The notes under the pieces: model-generated
What the model was told of the DNA's origin: nothing
Seen by the model: the letters and a program-made list of their open reading frames with translations, nothing else
The model's database searches: none
Made by a program: the position numbers and the translations under genes
IMG/VR virus record: IMGVR_UViG_3300030095_005103
Coordinates: 1-27,410 of that record
Direction: 5' to 3' (one strand)
DNA from: a virus
Lineage: Duplodnaviria; Caudoviricetes
Length of the DNA stretch: 27,410 nt
In this document: positions 8,638-16,599 of the stretch, piece after piece
Numbering within the stretch: position 1 is the first letter of the stretch
Layout of the letters: every line of letters starts with the position of its first letter

Positions 8638-8666
8638 AAAGTAACACGCCGTCCAAGTCCTGTCAA
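8638..8666 (-). promoter_or_regulatory. Sigma70-like promoter, proximal to the SSB gene
   Basis: TTGACA-17 nt (ending TGT)-TACTTT. Confidence 0.65.
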
Positions 8667-8713
8667 GCGTATTTGTTTTGGGTTATGTTTGGAGCATTCC
8701 CTTGCTCATCTCT

Positions 8714-8742
8714 ATTATAGCTTGCTCAGTCTCTGCTGTCAA
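8714..8742 (-). promoter_or_regulatory. Perfect-consensus sigma70 promoter, distal to the SSB gene
   Basis: TTGACA-17 nt-TATAAT, overlapping the 3' end of the tubulin-like gene. Confidence 0.85.
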
Positions 8743-9589
8743 GCATTGATTGTCCTTGAATGAAATTTGTGTGCGCCACGCAGAATCCAAAGTCCGTTTC
8801 GTAGGGCGATTCATAGATGGCATAAGTCACATTTTTGAATGCGTTTCGGGGTTTCTTCTTCAAACTCTGGACTACCTTTGAATGTAGCTTTCCATCGGTC
8901 TCAAGGCGCTTCTCTGCTATACATAAGTAGTATGCTACGTCGCGATCTTCCTCTAAATTATAGTACCATTGTTCAGAAAGTTTATCTACCGAAATGATAC
9001 CAACAGAGCGGATTCTTTGCACCTCTGAAGGCTTTGAAAGGTTACCAACAATTGGTTCTGTGTGATCAAAAACATTTAGATAATGAACAGCGTAGTAGAT
9101 ACTCTTGTTGATTACTTCAAAGTATTTTTTTATTGGGATCTCGCCTATTGTTTTCTCTATTGCTGGGTTTGATAAAATTGTAAAACTACTGAACAGCCCA
9201 GATCTTGCGTATTCTTGCAGGATCCCAAAGATTGCTCTCTCTTGTAGTTTAGCATCACCTATCAGCAGATCTACATCTGGCTTAATGTAGAAGATCTCAA
9301 TGGCTCTGTCCTTTATCTGTTGTAGTATCGCTAGTGTGTAATTTGCCGAGAAAGATGAGCCGCAAACAAACACCTGAACCCTTTCCTGAACTGCTTGTAT
9401 AGTCTTGTACGATGAAAGCTTGGGCGCGTTATCCTCACAATCCTCTGCTTTTGCCACTTTTGGCAGATTTCTTGTCCATTTGGTGTTCTCCTGACCTTCC
9501 GAGAACAAGAAACAATTATATTCCTTGTGGTCTTGGAATAAAGAAACCACATTACAGCCTGCTTCGCCTATGCCTATTAGCGAAATCAT
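8726..9589 (-). CDS. Tubulin/FtsZ-like protein with degenerate signature motif
   Basis: N-terminal LIGIGEAGCNV matches the FtsZ/TubZ/PhuZ T1 loop. VFVCGSSFSA sits where GGGTG(S/T)G is expected. ILSN and YFEVINKSI segments fit the fold; 287 aa. Confidence 0.7.
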   Translation of the reverse strand: MISLIGIGEAGCNVVSLFQDHKEYNCFLFSEGQENTKWTRNLPKVAKAEDCEDNAPKLSSYKTIQAVQERVQVFVCGSSFSANYTLAILQQIKDRAIEIFYIKPDVDLLIGDAKLQERAIFGILQEYARSGLFSSFTILSNPAIEKTIGEIPIKKYFEVINKSIYYAVHYLNVFDHTEPIVGNLSKPSEVQRIRSVGIISVDKLSEQWYYNLEEDRDVAYYLCIAEKRLETDGKLHSKVVQSLKKKPRNAFKNVTYAIYESPYETDFGFCVAHTNFIQGQSMLDSRD

Positions 9590-10776
9590 AACTTCAACTC
9601 CTTCAAATCTCCGTAGCTTTTGCCTGCCTTTACATTTACTCTAAACGATCCAAGTTTGTTGTTTTGGAACACCTCCTTTAATTCTGGTATTCTATGTCTA
9701 TCTTCTTCATGAATGTCAAGTACAACTTCATCGTGAACAATAAAAGCAACTTTTGATTTTGTGTTCTCAAGGATCTTGTCAATCTCGACTGCCCTAGCGA
9801 GTGTAAGATCTGCTGTTGTACTTTGAATAATATAACTGAAAGCTCTTCTCTCTTCTACTGAGATCGTCCGCCTGAATGGTGTTACCACGCGATTACCATA
9901 AAAATAATTACCAAGAACACGATCCCTGCTGTAAACAGAATTTTTGAGAGAATTGTCGTTGTGGTTATAAAAAGAAGAAAAGAATCTGACTTTCGCTTCT
10001 TCCCGATCAATGGGGTGATCGCCATAAAGGTGTTTCATATTCCATTCGTGAATATCTTCTTGTGGCTGCTCAACACCTGAGAGTGCTAAGAAGGTTCTTA
10101 CCTCTGCTCCGTTATAATCAAACGACACGAACCAGTCATTTGTTGGCTTGATTAGAGAACGAAATTTTGACTTCATTGTGAGAATAGGATTGCTTACTCT
10201 CTTGGTCGTGAGACGCCCTGTGACGGTTCCAAAAAGATTGTAGTCTACGTAATGCGACTTCTTTTTTACAAGCATCCTGATGTCTTCTCGGTCGCTCGTA
10301 GTGGTCATTAGGCGACGGCATCCATCCACGTTGATGTTCAATTTCTGGTATTTAATCTTGTGGAGAAGCTTATAAGTGCGATCAAGGTGAGCGTAGTTTT
10401 CAGGGCGAGAATAGTTCTCAAAAACGTGCTCTGTGATCTTGTTTCTGACCTCACAAAACTGAAGCAAGAAGTCACTTGGCACGAGATCAAAGAAGCAGTT
10501 ATCGTGCAGGTTGATCTTGCCTATTGAAAGTGATAGAAGGTACGCCTTGAAGGTTTTTTGAAGCTCAGTAAGCTCATCTCTTAGTTCTTCTGGGCAGACC
10601 TCTTCTAATTTTTTGCCTCCACAATAGAGCCAAGCAAACTCAACATCGGGATCTTGAATAGATCCTGTGTATTTCCAAGTTCTTGTTAACCCATCAGGGA
10701 TATGGTCGAAGTGCAGATTGCCATCAACGTAAACGCCGACACACTCTGACTTGTCGTCCAGTGTTTGGAAGATCAT
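9586..10776 (-). CDS. polA: Compact family A DNA polymerase (polymerase domain only)
   Basis: TVTGRL, motif A SFDYNGAEVR, motif B REEAKVRFFSSFY, IQSTTADL, motif C IVHDEVV; only 396 aa. Confidence 0.88.
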   Translation of the reverse strand: MIFQTLDDKSECVGVYVDGNLHFDHIPDGLTRTWKYTGSIQDPDVEFAWLYCGGKKLEEVCPEELRDELTELQKTFKAYLLSLSIGKINLHDNCFFDLVPSDFLLQFCEVRNKITEHVFENYSRPENYAHLDRTYKLLHKIKYQKLNINVDGCRRLMTTTSDREDIRMLVKKKSHYVDYNLFGTVTGRLTTKRVSNPILTMKSKFRSLIKPTNDWFVSFDYNGAEVRTFLALSGVEQPQEDIHEWNMKHLYGDHPIDREEAKVRFFSSFYNHNDNSLKNSVYSRDRVLGNYFYGNRVVTPFRRTISVEERRAFSYIIQSTTADLTLARAVEIDKILENTKSKVAFIVHDEVVLDIHEEDRHRIPELKEVFQNNKLGSFRVNVKAGKSYGDLKELKL

Positions 10777-11969
10777 ACATCCTCTCGTTTCTCTTGTTCT
10801 CTTATAAGATAACTCAGCGAGCCGCGATAGTCAAATGGTTGCGAGATAAATCTTTCAAAGGATCCTATCGCATAATTTACACCACTCGTCCTTGACAGAT
10901 TTATGAAGTCTGTTATATTATGATCCTGTTCTGCTTTTGAATGTTTGTTTTCTTCTTCTATAAATCTAAACATACAATATAATTTAATAAAATAATCTTC
11001 ATTATAAATATTATTAATATTATCTAATGTATATTCTGTTCTGTTTATAATTTTAGTTTTTCCACTACAACTATCATATTCAATATGTTTTGTTTTTACA
11101 ATTTGATTATACATTTGTAATAATTGATTTTTAAATAAATTATAATAAGAAATGTGAGTTTGTTTGAATCCTATAAGCAAAAGAGACTCTGTTGAAGAAA
11201 ATCCTTGGGGTTTCAATAAGTTCTCCACTACATCTTCATGTCCTATATCAAGAGTTATTCTCCAGGGAATTGATGCGTCCACCATAAAGCCAAAACTATT
11301 GCAAGCATTCAAGTAGTATTCAAAATTTCTACTATTCTTAAACAGATCAATTTTTTGCCGATCGTTTGTGTAGGTAAGGTCTGCGATCTCTATCGTCAAT
11401 CCGCTTACAAGCGGAGAGCAGTGGCGACTTCTAATGAATCCTGTCTTGGTTATTGGGTGGGAGGGTCCGAGTGCCGTTATATACCCAATCAGATGATTGA
11501 TGAAATCATCAAAACTCCTGATAATGATTTTGTCTTCATCCACCTTGCTTCTAATTGCTAAAACGATGTCACTTATATAAGAATTATATAGATTTTCTGG
11601 GCTTCTGTATCCATCATACGCTATGAGATTTGTTAAGTAATCATCATTTCTATCTATTTTGCCTATTTGTGCTGCTTTTTTGAATTGTCTTGAGAGTTCT
11701 TGAAAACCTTCTGCTACAAAATTTAAAACTCTAATTGAGTTTCTATTGGACGCATTATTAATATTTGAAAATGAGGCCATTATTTCATTTGGCTGTATAG
11801 TTACATAATTTCTGTTTACTCTACCGTACAGGTATTTTTCTCCAAAATTAAAATCAACTACATTTGAGTAAGTCTGAGAATACTGGATCATTTCGCCTCG
11901 GTAAATTACTGACTTGTCGAATAAATCTCGCGTCCCCTCTTCATTGGATTCTTTGTAAAAAATAGACAT
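10773..11969 (-). CDS. Hypothetical protein (398 aa), last gene of the tail/baseplate block
   Basis: Long ORF; likely start ATG 11969 (TGATG overlap with the upstream stop). No motif recognised. Confidence 0.75.
   Translation of the reverse strand: MSIFYKESNEEGTRDLFDKSVIYRGEMIQYSQTYSNVVDFNFGEKYLYGRVNRNYVTIQPNEIMASFSNINNASNRNSIRVLNFVAEGFQELSRQFKKAAQIGKIDRNDDYLTNLIAYDGYRSPENLYNSYISDIVLAIRSKVDEDKIIIRSFDDFINHLIGYITALGPSHPITKTGFIRSRHCSPLVSGLTIEIADLTYTNDRQKIDLFKNSRNFEYYLNACNSFGFMVDASIPWRITLDIGHEDVVENLLKPQGFSSTESLLLIGFKQTHISYYNLFKNQLLQMYNQIVKTKHIEYDSCSGKTKIINRTEYTLDNINNIYNEDYFIKLYCMFRFIEEENKHSKAEQDHNITDFINLSRTSGVNYAIGSFERFISQPFDYRGSLSYLIREQEKREDV
10806..10834 (-). promoter_or_regulatory. Sigma70-like promoter opening the replication block
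   Basis: TTGACT-17 nt-TATCTT embedded in the upstream CDS, followed by SD GAGAGG and the polA ATG. Confidence 0.65.
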
Positions 11970-14900
11970 CAAATATCCCACCTAGCGCTTTGGTTAATAG
12001 TTTTTCTAGCAACACATTTTTGAACTTCGGAACCTTCTTTTTTTCTTTTTTTTGGACTTGACTTATCGGTGCTGTTACCCTCTTTGCTAGCAACCCAAGC
12101 AGCGTTTAGCGTAGTTGAGGCTTCGCCAGGACCGATCTTGTGTGTTGTTTTTGTGATCATGCAGTAGCCACCAATGCCAAAGCGTGTTAAGTCTTCTGTA
12201 GTGTTTGGAGAAAAGCCTTTTGGATCAACATAAATGTAGGTTCCTGGGAATGTCTGGACATTCAAAAACGAATCCACAGTAACATTATAAACTTCTCTTA
12301 ACTGGGTTAAGCCATCAAATCCTTCCTGTTCAAATCTTACCTCTTTTAATCCTGGGGTGCTGGTCTTTTCAAGACTTATATTTTTAATAATTCCCTCGTC
12401 TCGTCCCAAAACATAATGAAAAATACCAGCATCTGAATCTTGTTCTACATTGCCAACAAAAGAATCTGACGGAGAGTTTCTGCCAATTGAGAAAACATAA
12501 TAATTTATCATTCTTTCTATGGACAATTCAGATATGGGAGCGCCGCGCTTGCCATTTAACAGCAGTATTGGTTCACCCTCTTTTCTGGCTCTCTTATTAA
12601 AGACCGCTTGGTAAGTAATGTCATCTATCGGTGCCCTTCCTGACTTCCATTCGCCGACTTTGTTGATTTTTCTATTATAGGCAACAACACTCGTGCTATT
12701 TACATGTAGTTTCTGGGCGTTGTTAACACGACCACAACTTTCAGAGTTTAAAAAGTTAGTAACCAAATCATTACACAAATCTTTAATAAACTTTGAAATA
12801 GGGTAGTTTATTATTTCCTTAGAAATAACTTTTTTAGACAAAAATTCAAAGAAATAATTTAGTGAAACAGGGATATCACCTAGGGTTGTAAAAGTAGAAG
12901 AAAAGTTTCGTGCTGGTGAGTAAATTTCTGCTGGTCCAAGTACAACTCGCATCTGTTGAAATTGTTGTAAAGAGTTTTTTATTGATTTTTGTGCTTCGTT
13001 AATAAATTGTTTAAAATCTTTGTTTGATGCATTTGTAAATTTTCCTGTATTTACCACTTCTTTGTAATATTCTGAGTCTTTTAAGTTTGTTGCTATGTTA
13101 AGTTCTCTCTCTATCAATTCCATGGCAACTGCCACTATGTCTTGAATATAAAAGTATGGAGTTGAGTTGTTGTCTTGAGACACAGCAACAGCGCTCAGTA
13201 GTTGTTGCGCTGTGGTTCCATCTGGCTCTTTATTTTGAGCAAGAATTTTTTTAATTTCACTTACCTGTGTGGCACTGAGTCCCGCATTTGAATATGGCTT
13301 GGGGAATTGTACGCTGCTGTCTGTAGGATCATTTAATAACTTTATAACGTCCTTGTATGATAGATTTAAATAATAGATTTTATCTTTGGCAGCCAACTCT
13401 GAGACTAAATCGGAATACGCTCTTAAATTCAATTTTTGAACAAACTTTTCATCAAACTTAAGCAACTCTGTTAATTCCTCACTTTTATCTCCGCAAGATT
13501 GTTTTTTTACAAAATTAAAAATTGCTTCTCTGACTATTTTTTCTTTGGTAAGAGAGGCGAAGATGTTAAACTGAGACTGGGCAAAAGCATCTTCAATGTA
13601 TGCAAGGTATTCAATATCAAAATTGACGGCGCCTGTTTCATCAAAATCAAATGTGTGAATTGTGGGTGTAAGATAGATGGTTATATAAGAATTATAGATT
13701 GCCTTTTTTTGTCCTGGCTTTAAGCCAACAAAGGTATCTCTTGGGACATTCCAGCCAACAACTGCCTTAAGTCTAAAATTTAGTTTTTCAGCGTTCTCTT
13801 TCTGAATTTGCGTTAGATCTGGTAGTCTGCTCTTTGCCACAGGTCCAGTTTTTAAAGCGAGATCGGCATATCTAAATCCGTTTCGTTCTTTTAATATATC
13901 ATCAAAGGTGGAGGCGAACATGCTCAATTTTGCCGTTATTGCTTTTTTGGCTGAAAACGGATCGGTTCCTTCGTAAGAAAACGTAAAGTCTTTTAGTCCG
14001 ACGCCGTAGCCTCTTTGTCTCTGCAATGCGCCGCTAGCAATACCCAAGTCGTTTGTTATGTTTGTGTCAAAAGTTATCGCTGTTTCCACATCTTTTCCAT
14101 TTTCATCTCTCACTACCTTATATAAACGAATGTAGGGCATAAGTTGGGAGACTAATTCTGGTCTTAGTTTGAACAATTCCCTTTGGCTTGGATCTGTTAC
14201 GAGGCTATTGGTGAAAGCAAAAGGGTTTCCGCCTATTTTTATTGGATGATTGGTGGCTCTATTGACATAAGGATAAGATTTGTTTTTTTGTGATTCCTCC
14301 AATAGTTCTTTTATAAAAGTTAAAAGAAGACACTGCTCGGAGTATGCCAAGTTGTCTCCTGCGAAAGACTCAATTGTATCTACAAGACCTTCTTGCAGGG
14401 CGCGGAGTTTTTTGAGTCTTTCGCGCGCCTTTAGGGCATCATCCATGCTGCTGGCACTAGCCCCACCGGAGGACAACTGGACATCACCAGCCATGTCCAC
14501 TTCCGGAGAGATACTTTCTCTCTCTGCCCGCTCAATTTCTCTCTCAAGAGCATCATTAAATAATTTGACAACACCCCGCTTAACATGCTCATAAATGTCA
14601 TCTGGGCAGATCCTTATAGCAGAACTTGCGGCTGTAATTATGGCATTTGTGACTGTCATTGCTGAAGCCCTGAAGCCAGAAATCCTGACGCCTTCTTCAG
14701 AGTATGAACTCATTGAAAAATCATATGATTCAAACAGGGCATCGACTTGTGTACCAAATTCTGATTGATTGAGTTTTTTATAGTCTGTGTTTAGTAACGT
14801 AACAAGATCTACGATGGGTTGTGTTGGATCTCCAATGTCAGAACTAAAAATACTACCTTTGACTTCTACCATATGCTTTTGTAGTTTTGTCCTATCGGCG

Positions 14901-15187
14901 CCGACATAGTTTCTAGTATCTATTTTTTCTAATTTTTCCCTATCATCAACAAACGGGTCAACACCGTCTTTGCTATAATTGTAGATTACACTCCAATCTG
15001 GTTTGTTTTCAAATGTCGCTTTGTCAAGACCAAGTAGATCCAGATCGTATTGCGCGACAAGAAAAGACCACTCCTTTTCAGAATAAATCGTATTATAAAC
15101 ACTCTCCAATTGAGACTCATAAGTTTCTTTAAATGTCTCAAGATCACCAAGAGGTTGATCTATATTAAAACACCATTCTTCTGCCAT
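11969..15187 (-). CDS. Large baseplate protein, probable hub (gp27/gpD-like C-terminal half)
   Basis: 1072 aa; follows the tube-initiator and LysM genes. C-terminal PGTYIYV...GGYCMITKTTHKI...TTLNA pattern is typical of hub proteins. Confidence 0.55.
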   Translation of the reverse strand: MAEEWCFNIDQPLGDLETFKETYESQLESVYNTIYSEKEWSFLVAQYDLDLLGLDKATFENKPDWSVIYNYSKDGVDPFVDDREKLEKIDTRNYVGADRTKLQKHMVEVKGSIFSSDIGDPTQPIVDLVTLLNTDYKKLNQSEFGTQVDALFESYDFSMSSYSEEGVRISGFRASAMTVTNAIITAASSAIRICPDDIYEHVKRGVVKLFNDALEREIERAERESISPEVDMAGDVQLSSGGASASSMDDALKARERLKKLRALQEGLVDTIESFAGDNLAYSEQCLLLTFIKELLEESQKNKSYPYVNRATNHPIKIGGNPFAFTNSLVTDPSQRELFKLRPELVSQLMPYIRLYKVVRDENGKDVETAITFDTNITNDLGIASGALQRQRGYGVGLKDFTFSYEGTDPFSAKKAITAKLSMFASTFDDILKERNGFRYADLALKTGPVAKSRLPDLTQIQKENAEKLNFRLKAVVGWNVPRDTFVGLKPGQKKAIYNSYITIYLTPTIHTFDFDETGAVNFDIEYLAYIEDAFAQSQFNIFASLTKEKIVREAIFNFVKKQSCGDKSEELTELLKFDEKFVQKLNLRAYSDLVSELAAKDKIYYLNLSYKDVIKLLNDPTDSSVQFPKPYSNAGLSATQVSEIKKILAQNKEPDGTTAQQLLSAVAVSQDNNSTPYFYIQDIVAVAMELIERELNIATNLKDSEYYKEVVNTGKFTNASNKDFKQFINEAQKSIKNSLQQFQQMRVVLGPAEIYSPARNFSSTFTTLGDIPVSLNYFFEFLSKKVISKEIINYPISKFIKDLCNDLVTNFLNSESCGRVNNAQKLHVNSTSVVAYNRKINKVGEWKSGRAPIDDITYQAVFNKRARKEGEPILLLNGKRGAPISELSIERMINYYVFSIGRNSPSDSFVGNVEQDSDAGIFHYVLGRDEGIIKNISLEKTSTPGLKEVRFEQEGFDGLTQLREVYNVTVDSFLNVQTFPGTYIYVDPKGFSPNTTEDLTRFGIGGYCMITKTTHKIGPGEASTTLNAAWVASKEGNSTDKSSPKKRKKEGSEVQKCVARKTINQSARWDI

Positions 15188-15188
15188 C

Positions 15189-15527
15189 TTAGACCCCCAG
15201 CACTTCTAGCGCAGCAGGAAGGTCTAAAGGTATGTCAAGGTAATCGCCTGTCTTGATGTGACCTTCGGTTGGATAACCATTCCACCAAGCGATAACCCAC
15301 CAAAAGTCTACATCACCATAATACTGGTGTGCTAACTTATAGAAACGATCTCCAACAGTCCATAGATGACCTGTGGTTGGGGTGCCTGCTCTCTCGGATA
15401 CAGTGGGGTGTCGCATAGTAGGCGTTGTGTAATGCCTTATGCTTTTCTTGCCTCTCTTGCCCACAAGGTCTTTGTAGTGGTCTATGTTGTTGTCTACTAT
15501 TCTTTCGTTGTTTCTTACGTTAGCCAT
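15189..15527 (-). CDS. LysM-like baseplate protein (T4 gp53 / P2 gpX-like)
   Basis: GDRFYKLAHQYYGDVDFWWVIAWWN...GDYLDIP. Confidence 0.8.
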   Translation of the reverse strand: MANVRNNERIVDNNIDHYKDLVGKRGKKSIRHYTTPTMRHPTVSERAGTPTTGHLWTVGDRFYKLAHQYYGDVDFWWVIAWWNGYPTEGHIKTGDYLDIPLDLPAALEVLGV

Positions 15528-15536
15528 TTGTTAATC

Positions 15537-16598
15537 CTATGTTATATCAGAGAACAAAATATATTCAATTTTGGCATCAATAGTTCTTTCTTTTGCAGTA
15601 TCATAATTTTGTTGTGCTTCTAATCTTGCCTCGTTTCTTCTTTTTTGTTGTTTTTTGGTTATATGCATACGATTCATCTTACTTTGTGTTTTTTGAAGCT
15701 TTGCTTTTGCCAAGTCTTCTCTTTGTTGTGCGCTATCTTTAGCTTGCCTTGTTTCTTCTAAGGTTTTCTGCTTTCCTCTTTCGCTTGGAGGCACACCTTG
15801 AGAGACCCTATCTTCCCCTGGTTTTAAAAAAACACCATAAGGAAATGAGGGTGTATTATTTGCTTCGCCCTCAAATCCAATGGTCTCTTCGTGTATCGGA
15901 GTAAAACTAACATTTATTTCTATTAATTTTGGAAGTATTGTATTATGAACTGCGGTTGGCTGTCCCCCCGCTTCGTCTATTTTTGAAAATGCGCCTTCGC
16001 TTTCAAGTCCATGGTTTACAGTGCAAGAGGTTATCGCACCAAGGATACCTTGATTTGGCGCTGCTGTTGATTTGTAATCAGAATAAAACTGTTCATAAGA
16101 ACGACGCCCATGTATGTCTCTGCCTACACCACTAACTCCCCGTTCTGATGGACCCAAGGTATAGGCTAGGTCTGTTTCAACTTTGCTCAACAAGTTCATA
16201 ACTTTTAAGCGAACAAGCGGAGCCTCTGAAAGAGTCAGGGCGTTGGAGACGCTTGCATAACTAGGATAAAGCATTTGGATAAGTTTTCCTGCTCTGCCAA
16301 GGTTTTCAAACGCCTCACTCTCAGATGCTGCAGGGACCTTAAAAGCAAGCGTGATGCTTCTACTGGTTCCCTTATACTGTTGTATTGGGTCAGTTCTGCC
16401 AAAGACCTCAACCGCATTAAAGTTTGGAGAATACGTATCGCTAAACGCTGTGATAAAAGCCTTGAAGAAAATAGACTCTTTGTTACGTATGTTTTGAAAA
16501 GAGATAACCTGATCTCGCTGGTTTGCGAGAGCGTCAGAACCATCGAGAAGTGTGTTGTCTTCTGGGTTGTACTTTCTTATGTCAAATTCAAGAGCCAT
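15537..16598 (-). CDS. Baseplate / tail tube initiator protein
   Basis: FKAFITAFSDTY...GRTDPIQQYKGTSRSITLAF...LYPSY...APLVRL pattern; lies immediately after the tape measure gene. Confidence 0.6.
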   Translation of the reverse strand: MALEFDIRKYNPEDNTLLDGSDALANQRDQVISFQNIRNKESIFFKAFITAFSDTYSPNFNAVEVFGRTDPIQQYKGTSRSITLAFKVPAASESEAFENLGRAGKLIQMLYPSYASVSNALTLSEAPLVRLKVMNLLSKVETDLAYTLGPSERGVSGVGRDIHGRRSYEQFYSDYKSTAAPNQGILGAITSCTVNHGLESEGAFSKIDEAGGQPTAVHNTILPKLIEINVSFTPIHEETIGFEGEANNTPSFPYGVFLKPGEDRVSQGVPPSERGKQKTLEETRQAKDSAQQREDLAKAKLQKTQSKMNRMHITKKQQKRRNEARLEAQQNYDTAKERTIDAKIEYILFSDIT

Positions 16599-16599
16599 T

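Noticed and set aside
1-10776. Inteins, introns or homing endonucleases in nrdJ, helicase, recA or polA; CRISPR arrays; integrase
   Set aside because: Protein lengths and motif spacing leave no room for insertions, and no repeat-spacer array or recombinase motif was seen.
11003-11010. T4 late promoter TATAAATA (also at 3025-3032)
   Set aside because: Both are antisense, inside AT-rich coding sequence, with no downstream gene; likely chance.
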